A DNA stretch of 64,000 nucleotides from Shigella phage ShigP1, in sequence record PQ818763. One strand, 5' to 3'. Below are positions 41,089 to 49,916 of the stretch, piece by piece. The notes beneath the pieces are model-generated. The model had not been told where the DNA came from and ran no database searches. It worked only from the letters and a program-made list of their open reading frames with translations. A program made the translations under genes and the position numbers. How positions within the stretch are numbered: position 1 is the first letter of the stretch; the number at the start of each line of letters is the position of its first letter.

Positions 41089-41495
41089 CGAATCACCAAA
41101 GGCTCTTCAGAGTACACAGGAGCGGCTATTTCTACAGGAGGTGCTGCCCTAAGGTCATTAAGTCTTACGCCCTTCAGCATACCGTCTAGGTGGTCCTTTT
41201 TGGGGATTCCAACAGGGAAGTCGTCAATCCAGATATCGACGAAGAAACCTAGCTGTCGACAGACCTCATCCTTCTGCACACCATTACAAAAGATAATAGG
41301 AATCTGCAAACACTCTGCATCAATCTTAATGTCGTGGTTATCGTACCCATTAGGCTCTGCAAAGCGATAAGTTACAAAGCGTACATCGTAGCCCTTTTCT
41401 TGCATTAATGCCACCACAGAGCGCCACAGCTTTTTATCTGAGGTGTAAGTGTCATCGTAATCTAAACCAATATTCATGTCAAATCCTTTAGACAA
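41085..41495 (-). CDS. HAD-superfamily phosphatase candidate (nucleotidase-like)
   Basis: N-terminal IGLDYDDTYT fits HAD motif I (DxDxT). Confidence 0.4.
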   Translation of the reverse strand: MSKGFDMNIGLDYDDTYTSDKKLWRSVVALMQEKGYDVRFVTYRFAEPNGYDNHDIKIDAECLQIPIIFCNGVQKDEVCRQLGFFVDIWIDDFPVGIPKKDHLDGMLKGVRLNDLRAAPPVEIAAPVYSEEPLVIR

Positions 41496-41523
41496 GAAAA
41501 GCCGCCCGAAGGCAGCTTCTTAT
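41496..41523 (-). terminator. Hairpin with T-run on the minus strand
   Basis: gctgcc-UUCG-ggcggc followed by TTTTCTT on the minus strand; one mismatch in the stem. Confidence 0.4.
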
Positions 41524-41700
41524 TTAACTGTTCACTTTAGCTTCAAGTGTTTCGTTTTCAATACTCAAGTCAATCACTACACCAGTAAGCTCAACGACTG
41601 CTTGGCGAAGGGCATCTTTACCCATAGAGTGTACTTGAGATAAGAAGAAAGCTTTACCTTCTTCAGTGGATAGGGTTTCTTTTAATTCAGAAGCAGTCAT
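41524..41700 (-). CDS. Small hypothetical protein, 58 aa, absent from the ORF track
   Basis: Manual translation MTASELKETLSTEEGKAFFLSQVHSMGKDALRQ... Confidence 0.3.
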   Translation of the reverse strand: MTASELKETLSTEEGKAFFLSQVHSMGKDALRQAVVELTGVVIDLSIENETLEAKVNS

Positions 41701-41709
41701 TGATATTCC

Positions 41710-41904
41710 TTATGTTATGTTATAAATTCGCATGATTGTACCACCATTGGCTTCAATAGCAGCAACCATTTGGTTTCGTTCTTCATCCGTGTAAACTAAC
41801 ACACTTCTAAACTCGCCTGTTGCATCAGTATAAAGGATGTTATATTTTGGAGGCGGTTTACGGTAAATACCTTCCATCACTCTTTCTCCTCTCGTTCTTT
41901 CCAC
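41710..41904 (-). CDS. Small hypothetical protein
   Basis: 64-aa ORF; the true start may be the internal Met at about 41877. Confidence 0.3.
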   Translation of the reverse strand: MERTRGERVMEGIYRKPPPKYNILYTDATGEFRSVLVYTDEERNQMVAAIEANGGTIMRIYNIT

Positions 41905-42060
41905 AGTTCGGCTAGCTCTAGATAGAACTCAGCCTCATCAAGACGACCTTGTTCATTACAGATGGCGCTCTGACGATAACACCAATCCGATGGCATCTCT
42001 TCCACTTCAATCTCCTTGTTACGAACCAATCAATAAGAATAGTTCATTCGTCTTATTTAT

Positions 42061-42255
42061 TCACTCTACCAATGCAGGTACTTCTATCATTTTAACTGTG
42101 AATGTCTTGTTTGGAAACTTTCGAACTAGCTCTGCTGCTTTGGTTATTGCTAAGTTCTCTGTCTCAAAGATACACAGTTGACCATTTAACGCTACGAGAG
42201 TGGAGCCACCACTGAAGACGGCCCAAGATTCATAATAACCACGAACACTCATCAC
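42061..42255 (-). CDS. Small hypothetical protein
   Basis: ORF of 64 aa. Confidence 0.3.
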   Translation of the reverse strand: MMSVRGYYESWAVFSGGSTLVALNGQLCIFETENLAITKAAELVRKFPNKTFTVKMIEVPALVE

Positions 42256-42620
42256 TCAACCTCAATATTATATAGAGTTTTCAGTGTATCTTTAATCCAA
42301 GCACGTCGTTTTGGATTCTTATGATGTGCCCCGTTTTCCCTATCTCTAAAATATTGATCACATCCGAATGGGTATGTTGGGTCAAAAAACTTTTCTTGAT
42401 TAAACATATTCTTCATGTCGTCAATATCTAAATGCTTTGTGAAATAGTAATACCTCTTATAACAGCGAAAGTTGAAGCATAATCCTTGATCTTCACTAAA
42501 CCATTTTGGATAAATTCCAGTCTTAGCTATTTCATAATATTGGAGGAGGAAATCCTCCATCCCCCTCTCTTTAGCTAAACATCTCAATGTTCTGTAGATG
42601 ATATTGGTTTCTTTCATCAC
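42252..42620 (-). CDS. Hypothetical protein
   Basis: 122 aa, overlaps its neighbours by 4 nt. Confidence 0.4.
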   Translation of the reverse strand: MMKETNIIYRTLRCLAKERGMEDFLLQYYEIAKTGIYPKWFSEDQGLCFNFRCYKRYYYFTKHLDIDDMKNMFNQEKFFDPTYPFGCDQYFRDRENGAHHKNPKRRAWIKDTLKTLYNIEVE

Positions 42621-42625
42621 TCACC

Positions 42626-44470
42626 TTAGTGTGTATGCATCCAGTTAAGTCCAATCTGACAATCAGATGCCAGAGGACATTCCATATTCAGATACTCGCC
42701 AGCTTTCTTAACACAAAGCTCGGTGTGCTCTTTGAGTTTCTGTACATCATTACGGTTTACTGAGAATTGACCTTCATCGTGCATATCAATTACCTTAGCA
42801 CAACGAACCTTATCTTTCTCAATCCACTTGTTAAGGAACATCATAGCATATTTCATAACAACAGCACCAGCACATTGCAGGAGTGTGTTAAGGGCTTTAT
42901 GAACCATAACCTTACCAGTGGCATCCCGTCTCATTGTAATCTTACGACCATCAACTCCAATCAAGTATCCTTGAGCAGCTTTCTCTGTCATACGATCAAT
43001 GAGGATTGCAATACATGGGTTCTCTGCTAAGAAACGTGCTCGCATCACTGAACCTTCGTCAGCCCCACCACCTACAATTGAACCAAGCTTAGCATCACCA
43101 GCACCATAGTTGAATGCGTAGATAAACGTCTTAGCGTTGTCACGAGTAGGAAGACCAGCAAGTTTCTGGTTGTGGGAGTGGATATCACCTTCAAGGAGAA
43201 TATCACGATACATAATAGCAGAAGCTAAACCACGTTCTGCCAGAGCTTTCTTAGCTGGGTTGTTCTCTTCAATTGCCTCAGCAAGCATATCCCTACACTC
43301 TTTAATGAGGTAGTGAGCGAGCATACGAAGTTCAAGTCCAGAACCATCATACCCTAAGAATACTTCTTTACCAGCGGGTATGTAATATTTGTAAGCACCT
43401 ATAGGTTTATCTTTCTTCCCCGGCTTACCTTTCTCGTAAATTACGTTAGTACCTTTTCGTATATAACAACCATCAGGAACAACGTTAGTAATAACGAAAG
43501 GACGAGAGTGATCACTGTCTGAGTTATAGTCAGACTCAAACAGACTGCGACACTCGTGACCAAACAAACCACGGGAGGGAATATTAACCACGATACGATG
43601 TTTGAATCGAAAAGTCGGCGTAGCGCAGCTGTTAGCTTCTGCCGAAAGTTTACCATCTTCGCGTTCCTTTGCTATGAGTCCACTGATAAGACCTAGCCTG
43701 TGAGCCGCTACAACGCGTCTCTTAAGCAAACTTCCAACACTCCCTAGTTCACCCCCTAGCCCTTCTTCAAGAGTCTCCTCGAGGTTTGTAGGAGCTGTAG
43801 GCCACTTGTTTGATGTGGCTAATGCTTTCTTAATCTCATCAAACGTTACAGGATTACGGCGATTAGGGTTCAATCCCAAACCAAACACGTAAGCTTTCAT
43901 GTAGTTCTTAGTTTTAAACCTGAAGTGCTTTTCTAAGAACTTCTTAATATCAGCGTCAACCATCTCGGCTGTCTGCTTTTGCTTAGCATTGCCTCGCATC
44001 CAAGCAGTATACCATGCTTGGTATGTTCCATACTTTCTCATATCTTTCTTAATTTCGAAAGTATTCCAAGGCTTCTTAGATACGTTAAACTCTGGAGGAA
44101 GAAAGCCCTCATCCATAAGAGCTTCTTTAACTCGTGCATCCTTCGATGGGTCAAAGTCTACATATTCGACACAGGTGAAAGCTCCACCAATGTCTTCTCT
44201 CTTCAGTCCAACCCTATCACAATAAGCTTGAGGCCACTTCTGCAAAGCCCCTGACTTCTTAAATGGCTTCATGTAAGTAGAGCCATCTAATCTCATCTTA
44301 GGTAAGAGAGGAATCAACTCTCTGTCAATATTAACAATAATCTCTTTAAGGAGGTGAACATACCACCGAGCATTTCTTCGGTTGAAACTCACTCCGTGCT
44401 TTGCTTGCTTAGAGATTATATCAGCGACAGTCATCTCTGTCAAAAATGGAAGAGCGTCCGGGTTGCTCAC
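42626..44470 (-). CDS. DNA polymerase, family A, polymerase domain only
   Basis: Motif A LGYDGSGLELRMLAHY, motif B RDNAKTFIYAFNYGAG, motif C VIDMHDEGQF; no exonuclease motifs in this ORF. Confidence 0.85.
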   Translation of the reverse strand: MSNPDALPFLTEMTVADIISKQAKHGVSFNRRNARWYVHLLKEIIVNIDRELIPLLPKMRLDGSTYMKPFKKSGALQKWPQAYCDRVGLKREDIGGAFTCVEYVDFDPSKDARVKEALMDEGFLPPEFNVSKKPWNTFEIKKDMRKYGTYQAWYTAWMRGNAKQKQTAEMVDADIKKFLEKHFRFKTKNYMKAYVFGLGLNPNRRNPVTFDEIKKALATSNKWPTAPTNLEETLEEGLGGELGSVGSLLKRRVVAAHRLGLISGLIAKEREDGKLSAEANSCATPTFRFKHRIVVNIPSRGLFGHECRSLFESDYNSDSDHSRPFVITNVVPDGCYIRKGTNVIYEKGKPGKKDKPIGAYKYYIPAGKEVFLGYDGSGLELRMLAHYLIKECRDMLAEAIEENNPAKKALAERGLASAIMYRDILLEGDIHSHNQKLAGLPTRDNAKTFIYAFNYGAGDAKLGSIVGGGADEGSVMRARFLAENPCIAILIDRMTEKAAQGYLIGVDGRKITMRRDATGKVMVHKALNTLLQCAGAVVMKYAMMFLNKWIEKDKVRCAKVIDMHDEGQFSVNRNDVQKLKEHTELCVKKAGEYLNMECPLASDCQIGLNWMHTH

Positions 44471-44486
44471 TTTATACTCCTTTAAA

Positions 44487-44900
44487 TTATTGGTAAAGTA
44501 AATCTGTAAATGCTTGGTTATCTTCTACTACATCCAAGGATGTGGAATCAACAGCATATGTTCTCATTGCTGCATTTGTTTGTGCCCAAGTAGGTGGAGA
44601 ATAAGAAGACCTAACCTCACGAGGCTGCTCTCTGACTAGATGGGCCACAACCCTCTGATTAGCAACTTCTTCTCTTTCTCTAATAGCCCTCTGGATATAG
44701 GCCAGCTTCATGCCCCAAGCTTCTTCAAACTCTTGAGGATGCTTATCACTGATAACCACATACTGACGTTCAGGAATACCAGAGCGAATCTCTGATAATA
44801 ACTCATGGAATAAATCTAGTTCATGTTCAGTGAGATTCATTTCAATATCATCCCACTTAAGAACTAGGAAACGGTTTTGGTGTCTAGCTGGTAATGGCAT
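44487..44900 (-). CDS. Hypothetical protein
   Basis: ORF of 137 aa. Confidence 0.4.
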   Translation of the reverse strand: MPLPARHQNRFLVLKWDDIEMNLTEHELDLFHELLSEIRSGIPERQYVVISDKHPQEFEEAWGMKLAYIQRAIREREEVANQRVVAHLVREQPREVRSSYSPPTWAQTNAAMRTYAVDSTSLDVVEDNQAFTDLLYQ

Positions 44901-44903
44901 TCT

Positions 44904-45059
44904 ACTCCACCTCTACTTCAATGTAAGTTCTCTCGCCAACGTCATCTTTTAAGACCCATGCCTTGGCATCTTCTTCAGACTTAAAAGCTTTCACAACGCT
45001 GTATCCCCCTTCCCATTCATCACCGACCCAGCGCTGTCCTACGTAAATGTATTCTTTCA
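44904..45059 (-). CDS. Small hypothetical protein, 51 aa, absent from the ORF track
   Basis: Manual translation MKEYIYVGQRWVGDEWEGGYSVVKAFKSEEDAKAW... Confidence 0.3.
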
Positions 45060-45063
45060 TCAC

Positions 45064-45348
45064 TCAACCTTTCGGGAATGGCATTAAAAACTCTACAGCA
45101 GATTTGATTTCGTTATTGATTCGTGAATCACGGTAAGAGATAAACTTACCTTTGCTGTCACGTAACATCACATGGGTTCTGGCTGTTTTGTGAGGAAGCA
45201 AAGTGATACTGGTTGGTATAGTATCAATTCCTACAGAGCATGAATTAATAGTCTTACTCTCTACTAGCAGATAAGACCAAGTACGCGGTTTCTGCTCCGG
45301 ACGGTTGGGGTATGTGTCTCGAATCTGTACCATAGCTAACTTATTCAT
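45064..45348 (-). CDS. Small protein, paralogue 1 of a tandem pair
   Basis: C-terminal region KTARTHVMLRDSKGKFISY...AVEFLMPFPKG is shared with the adjacent gene. Confidence 0.45.
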   Translation of the reverse strand: MNKLAMVQIRDTYPNRPEQKPRTWSYLLVESKTINSCSVGIDTIPTSITLLPHKTARTHVMLRDSKGKFISYRDSRINNEIKSAVEFLMPFPKG

Positions 45349-45349
45349 G

Positions 45350-45604
45350 TTAAACTCCTTTAGGGAATGGGATGAGATTTTCTACTGCAACACGGAAAGA
45401 TTTTTCTACATCTTTGTTTTTATAAGAAATGAATTTACCATCAGCACCACGAAGGATTACATTAGTGCGAGCTGTTTTTGGGTTAATCTCAATCATCCGT
45501 TCGATGATCTTGTTTGATTTGTTGTGGTGGTTAGTGAAAGTCCACTTAACAATCTTGCCATCTCTGGTTACATCAAAAATATTTACGATTTTTACAATAG
45601 ACAT
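45350..45604 (-). CDS. Small protein, paralogue 2 of a tandem pair
   Basis: KTARTNVILRGADGKFISY...AVENLIPFPKG; same motif order as 45064-45348. Confidence 0.45.
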   Translation of the reverse strand: MSIVKIVNIFDVTRDGKIVKWTFTNHHNKSNKIIERMIEINPKTARTNVILRGADGKFISYKNKDVEKSFRVAVENLIPFPKGV

Positions 45605-45631
45605 ATTTATTACCTAAGAAGTTTATTTTGG

Positions 45632-45670
45632 TTTATATAAAAGAAAAGGCCACCCATTTGGGTAGCCTCA
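45632..45670 (-). terminator. Hairpin with T-run on the minus strand
   Basis: ggctacccaaatgggtggcc followed by TTTTCTTTT on the minus strand. Confidence 0.5.
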
Positions 45671-45672
45671 TA

Positions 45673-45990
45673 TTACGATGAGCTTAAAGCCCCTTTGCGT
45701 GCTCCAGCTGCTTTTCCAGCTCGATCACCACTTTTGCCGCCGTTTGAACGGTTTGAGCTGACTGATTCAACACGTAAGTTGCTTGACGCATTAGAGCCTC
45801 CAGACTTGACAGCTCGTTTGTGTCCAACATCTTTACCTCTGACAGCAGCTTTTCCATCGCGCTTTTCAACGATGCGACGTGCACGGTGGCGCTGAGCATC
45901 TCCGCTCTTGCTCCCAACGCCTGTTTCACCACGGGCAATTGCGGTACGTCTTTCTTGTGCATAATCTCTCTTTCCTACATGGTCTGCCAT
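45673..45990 (-). CDS. Basic Gly/Lys/Arg/Ser-rich low-complexity protein (KGG-repeat-like or nucleic-acid-binding)
   Basis: Frame chosen over two overlapping shadow ORFs by codon periodicity (G-first, T/A-third codons) and a strong SD (AAGGAG, 6 nt spacing). Confidence 0.4.
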   Translation of the reverse strand: MADHVGKRDYAQERRTAIARGETGVGSKSGDAQRHRARRIVEKRDGKAAVRGKDVGHKRAVKSGGSNASSNLRVESVSSNRSNGGKSGDRAGKAAGARKGALSSS

Positions 45991-46046
45991 TTAGAACTCC
46001 TTAATATATCAGTGTACACTAAGGAGTATACATTATAAGTTACTGT

Positions 46047-46784
46047 TTAAGCTTTCTTTTCCATTGCTTTAACAATCGCCTTACAGAAACCAGAACGAAC
46101 AATATCATCTGATTCACCATCTACAATCTCAGCAAACTCATACAGATCGTGTTCATCAATAAAGTTAGTAGCCCAAGTTAGACCACTCTCTCGACCACGC
46201 ATATCATGCTGGTTTGTATCACCCATACAGAACAATTGAGAGGTTTCTCCCAATCGAGTCATGATGGAGAAGGCTTCATCCTTAGTTGTATTCTGGAACT
46301 CATCTACGATAACAATGGCATCATTGAAAGAGCGACCACGGAGATATTCCAGAGGTACAAATTCAATGTTACCATTTCCGATTTGGCATTCATAGAATCC
46401 CTTACCGTATCGCTGAGTAATAACATCAATGATAGGCATCAGGTATGGTTCAAACTTCTCACGCATTCCTCCCGGAAGTAACCCAAGAGAGTTACCCATG
46501 CCAACTGAAGGTCGACTCAGGATGATCTTCTGAATCTTACCACTCTTCAGTGCATCGATAACCGTGGAAGTGATTACAAAGGTCTTACCACAGCCCGCAG
46601 GAGCGTCTGTGAACACAACTTGTTTAGTCTTAATAGCATTGAGTAGCTCAGACTGAAACTGGTTCTGAGGGACTACAGGCTTTGCTAAAACCACCTCTTC
46701 ATACTCTCGCTTACCTTTACGAGTAACAAGTGCTTCCCGACGAAGGTCTTTCCGTGATTCTTTCCGTGATTGACGACGACTCAT
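46047..46784 (-). CDS. phoH: PhoH-like ATPase
   Basis: Walker A DAPAGCGKTF and the overall PhoH pattern (IVDEFQN, MGDTNQHD). Confidence 0.8.
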   Translation of the reverse strand: MSRRQSRKESRKDLRREALVTRKGKREYEEVVLAKPVVPQNQFQSELLNAIKTKQVVFTDAPAGCGKTFVITSTVIDALKSGKIQKIILSRPSVGMGNSLGLLPGGMREKFEPYLMPIIDVITQRYGKGFYECQIGNGNIEFVPLEYLRGRSFNDAIVIVDEFQNTTKDEAFSIMTRLGETSQLFCMGDTNQHDMRGRESGLTWATNFIDEHDLYEFAEIVDGESDDIVRSGFCKAIVKAMEKKA

Positions 46785-46966
46785 TTACGCTCTCCAATTT
46801 CTTCGTAATGACATTCAGTAGTTAAACAATCTTTACAGATTGCTGTGTAAACCCTGACGTTAGTAAATCGTTTGTTCTTCCCTTTGGTTGGAGAGCCTTT
46901 AGCAAGCTCTCTGATAACCTTGTTACTTAAGTGAAGGTTTGTCCCTTCACATCTAGAGCACTTCAT
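46781..46966 (-). CDS. Small zinc-ribbon protein
   Basis: CSRCEG ... CKDCLTTEC (two CxxC pairs) in 61 aa. Confidence 0.4.
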   Translation of the reverse strand: MKCSRCEGTNLHLSNKVIRELAKGSPTKGKNKRFTNVRVYTAICKDCLTTECHYEEIGERK

Positions 46967-47282
46967 GGTTCATATCTTTATGAAGTCTATAAACAGCTGT
47001 CGCCATACAAGCAACAGCTTCATTATGCGGGAGATGCATACCTGTAGAACCATCCCAATCCCTGAACTCATTGTCAAAGACTCCGGTAGGCTCTTGATAC
47101 AAGGCTTGCAACTCCACTAGATCATTAGCAACTTGTTGCCATTTATCATCAGACCAGATAGGGTCATCCAACCAGTAATACAAATAGGAATGGATGATCA
47201 ATTGCCTTCTGTGCCGATTAATTACTTCAGCGGGACTTATCTCACTTCCATTTGAAGTCCTAAATGTATTACTGTCAATCAT
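46953..47282 (-). CDS. Hypothetical protein
   Basis: ORF of 109 aa. Confidence 0.4.
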   Translation of the reverse strand: MIDSNTFRTSNGSEISPAEVINRHRRQLIIHSYLYYWLDDPIWSDDKWQQVANDLVELQALYQEPTGVFDNEFRDWDGSTGMHLPHNEAVACMATAVYRLHKDMNHEVL

Positions 47283-47533
47283 TTCACAACCTTAAATTTG
47301 AATGTTGTTGGGTGATAATAATGCAACCTGTTGATGGTGTGCTTGATTTCAAGGTATGTCCTACAGGAGTGGCACATAACATGAGACAAACCAGTCACAG
47401 GATTGGGCTTAAAATTGATGATAGGCTTCTCTTTCTTACAGAAGCTACAGACTTTCTTTTCCATCTTTTCTCCAGTGGTCAACGAATTGCTGAAACACTT
47501 TATGGTCGAATGTGAAACCTCGAGCAATCCCAC
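47279..47533 (-). CDS. Small Cys-rich protein
   Basis: CSFCKK ... CHSCRTY motifs. Confidence 0.35.
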   Translation of the reverse strand: MGLLEVSHSTIKCFSNSLTTGEKMEKKVCSFCKKEKPIINFKPNPVTGLSHVMCHSCRTYLEIKHTINRLHYYHPTTFKFKVVK

Positions 47534-47678
47534 ACTCTACGAAAGTAGAAGGCATATAGTCTACATCATCTTTAGATGTATGACCATAAACTTGAATAAG
47601 CTTTTTAATCTTATCCTTCTCTCTTCGAGGAAGCATTCTAAATGCCTCCTGAATATCTGTAATATGTTTGATTTTCAT
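47445..47678 (-). CDS. Small hypothetical protein
   Basis: ORF of 77 aa. Confidence 0.3.
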   Translation of the reverse strand: MKIKHITDIQEAFRMLPRREKDKIKKLIQVYGHTSKDDVDYMPSTFVECGIARGFTFDHKVFQQFVDHWRKDGKESL

Positions 47679-47694
47679 CAGAAAGCCTCTGATA

Positions 47695-48351
47695 TTAACT
47701 CTCCAAAGTTTTCTTCAGAGCTGCCCACGAGATTGGGTAGAGTTTAGCCATCTCTTCATCTAGAGATTTAGCAAACACTCGAACTTCATATTGAGCGTGA
47801 GAGGAGAGTCGCTGACGACACAACTCAAACCAGCCGTACAAAGAACCGGTCCACACCCACTCAGTGATCATCCCCTGAGGAAGAACAAATCGAGCTTGCT
47901 CTGGTGCAATAAATTCAATCAACTTGTCATATGCTGCTAGAGAAGCTTCATATGAATCGTTAATCAGCATTAATGCTTCAGCTCGCTCTCCGTCGATGAG
48001 TTGAACCCCTGAACCTGCATGGAGGTCCGAAGGTCTCGCAAAAATCTCTTTAGGGATGAAGACTTCAACTGCTCCATCTTTATACCGCCGGGACATTTCG
48101 TTCCACGAGAATCCAACCTGATGCTTCTGTAGTTGACGAGCGATTGCAATTGGAGCCTTACAACGAAAGGACACTTGTGGATGACGGAACGGAGTGCAGT
48201 GTTTCTCTCTAGCCAAGAAGTTAATCAGCCGAGTATCACGATCATTCAAATCACCCTCTCGTACAACACCAAAAGAAACTCTTGCAGCATTAACAACAGT
48301 TTTATCACTGCCCATAGCTTCAATCAATGTTGCTTGCAATTGTTCATTCAT
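47695..48351 (-). CDS. thyX: ThyX-family (flavin-dependent thymidylate synthase) homologue with a non-canonical active-site motif
   Basis: HCTPFRH, ARQL, SRRY, EQARFVLP and AQYEVR align with ThyX blocks, but the RHR signature reads KHQ (ARQLQKHQVGFS). Confidence 0.65.
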   Translation of the reverse strand: MNEQLQATLIEAMGSDKTVVNAARVSFGVVREGDLNDRDTRLINFLAREKHCTPFRHPQVSFRCKAPIAIARQLQKHQVGFSWNEMSRRYKDGAVEVFIPKEIFARPSDLHAGSGVQLIDGERAEALMLINDSYEASLAAYDKLIEFIAPEQARFVLPQGMITEWVWTGSLYGWFELCRQRLSSHAQYEVRVFAKSLDEEMAKLYPISWAALKKTLES

Positions 48352-48823
48352 ACTTCAACTTCTCCTTGTTATAAGCAATCTCTGCTTCTTCTGGAGTATG
48401 GAAAGTTCCTAAATGCTTAGTCTTTCCGTTAACTCCGATGATAGCTCTGAATTTTGTACCACTAGCCGTCTCTCTGATGTAAACACCCATTGGGAGTTTT
48501 CCAGCTTTTCCGGCTCTGTTGTATTGTTTTCTGTTATGACAGTTTGTAGATGGGTCAACATCTCTTAGGTTTTTAAGAGAGTCATCCAGTTTAATCTGGT
48601 TGATGTGATCAATCTCAAACTCAGGCATCTTTCCATAAGAGAAAAACCAAGCTAATCGACATGCTCTGTAAGATTTCCCTTCATAATAGATGTACCTGTA
48701 GCCTAATGTTGAGATACACCCAGCAATATTCCCTGATACTCTCCGACCTTTAGTGTTCTTCCACCTAAAGATTCCAGTATCAGGGTCATATGCTAGGTCT
48801 TCTTTTATCTTATCAGTTAACAC
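48344..48823 (-). CDS. HNH homing endonuclease with AP2 DNA-binding domain
   Basis: EIDHINQIKLDDSLKNLRDVDPSTNCHN (HNH_3) and GVYIRETASGTKFRAIIGVNGKTKHLGTFHTPEEAEIAY (AP2). Confidence 0.75.
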   Translation of the reverse strand: MLTDKIKEDLAYDPDTGIFRWKNTKGRRVSGNIAGCISTLGYRYIYYEGKSYRACRLAWFFSYGKMPEFEIDHINQIKLDDSLKNLRDVDPSTNCHNRKQYNRAGKAGKLPMGVYIRETASGTKFRAIIGVNGKTKHLGTFHTPEEAEIAYNKEKLKYE

Positions 48824-49088
48824 CTAAAGCTGTATCCAAAAATGCTTTCAGGTTTGCTTCGGTTTGCATACCAGAGAGGCTATAGTGTGCACCACTGTTA
48901 CGGTTAGGTACAACGAAAGCAGGGATGCTACGAACCCCGTACTTAACAGCTTGTTCACGACCATCACCTTCAAGGATGTTAATCTCTTCCACTTCTACAT
49001 CAAACTCCTTAACAACCTTCTCAAAGGTAGGAGCCATTGCTTTACATGGAGCACACTGATCGCTATAAAACTTAATTACTTTAGACAT
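48813..49088 (-). CDS. Thioredoxin-like protein (CAPC active site)
   Basis: FYSDQCAPCKAMAP and a cis-Pro region (SIPAF) in 91 aa. Confidence 0.7.
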   Translation of the reverse strand: MSKVIKFYSDQCAPCKAMAPTFEKVVKEFDVEVEEINILEGDGREQAVKYGVRSIPAFVVPNRNSGAHYSLSGMQTEANLKAFLDTALGVN

Positions 49089-49096
49089 GTAAATCC

Positions 49097-49277
49097 TTAT
49101 GCAGTCAGGAGGTGAAGCAGGAATGGGATAACAACAGCTACGATAACCATGACAGTTGATGCTGTTTGAATCTCACCTTTCTTATCAGGAGTTTCTTCAA
49201 TAAGCTTACCAGAAGCCCAATAAATACCACCACCAATAAAGATAGCCCAAATACCCCATACGATTGCTGATAACATA
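49097..49277 (-). CDS. Small two-TM membrane protein, 59 aa, absent from the ORF track
   Basis: Manual translation MLSAIVWGIWAIFIGGGIYWASGKLIEETPDKKGEIQTASTVMVIVAVVIPFLLHLLTA. Confidence 0.3.
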
Positions 49278-49337
49278 TATCTATATCCTTATAAATAAGT
49301 TCGCCCCACCTCGGGTTAGGAGACAGGGCGGAGGTTT

Positions 49338-49916
49338 TTAGTAAGACACGTCACCACTTGAATGGGACATGTTGCTCTTGACGAAGTAGCAATACTTGCC
49401 AAGACCTTCATTTATTTCTTGAAGCATACTCTGGTCAACTGGATAAGTGGCTAAATCGCCATCAAACTCATCCATCTTCTCAATAATACACATCAATGTC
49501 ATGCACATATCAGAGAGCATACCGTCCATGTCTAGATCAGCATTACCCTCTGAGAACCAAGCATGAGATAGGTAGTTAGCTGCTGTAGCGTCCACTTTAA
49601 CACAGTGGTAACGCATACGTTCAGCAATACGATCTCCTACTTGTCGTGCGTAATCTTCCAGCTCATCAAACATACCATGAACACCCTGAAATCCTGAACC
49701 AGAGACGTTCCAGTGGTAGTTTTTAGCTTTGATATGCAAGAGTTCCATGTTAGCTTGTAAGCAGCTCAGGATGTGTTCTAGGCTGTTTCCACTAATCATA
49801 CCTTGCATCGTTTCAAGGCGAGAGATTGATAGGTCGGACCGGTCTAACATATTGTAGCTGTCACGACCAATCTCAGGTAAATCAAAGACATTCTTATGCA
49901 TTTGGGTTTTCTCCAT
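49338..49916 (-). CDS. Dps-like ferritin-fold protein
   Basis: KNYHWNVSGSGFQGVHGMFDELEDY...DRIAERM aligns with the Dps ferroxidase-site region ([20 protein letters not shown]...AER in E. coli Dps, from memory). Confidence 0.65.
   Translation of the reverse strand: MEKTQMHKNVFDLPEIGRDSYNMLDRSDLSISRLETMQGMISGNSLEHILSCLQANMELLHIKAKNYHWNVSGSGFQGVHGMFDELEDYARQVGDRIAERMRYHCVKVDATAANYLSHAWFSEGNADLDMDGMLSDMCMTLMCIIEKMDEFDGDLATYPVDQSMLQEINEGLGKYCYFVKSNMSHSSGDVSY

Noticed and set aside
45684-45962. 92-aa minus-strand ORF and 66-aa plus-strand ORF (45695-45895) overlapping the basic protein gene
   Set aside because: Shadow frames. The 45673-45990 frame has better codon periodicity and a stronger Shine-Dalgarno; the alternatives are rich in G-ending codons atypical for this genome.
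46953-47282. Resemblance of 46953-47282 to the N-terminal domain of NAD-dependent DNA ligase
   Set aside because: Only a short, loosely similar segment (PIWSDDKWQQVANDL); no adenylation-domain motifs are present in or near the ORF.
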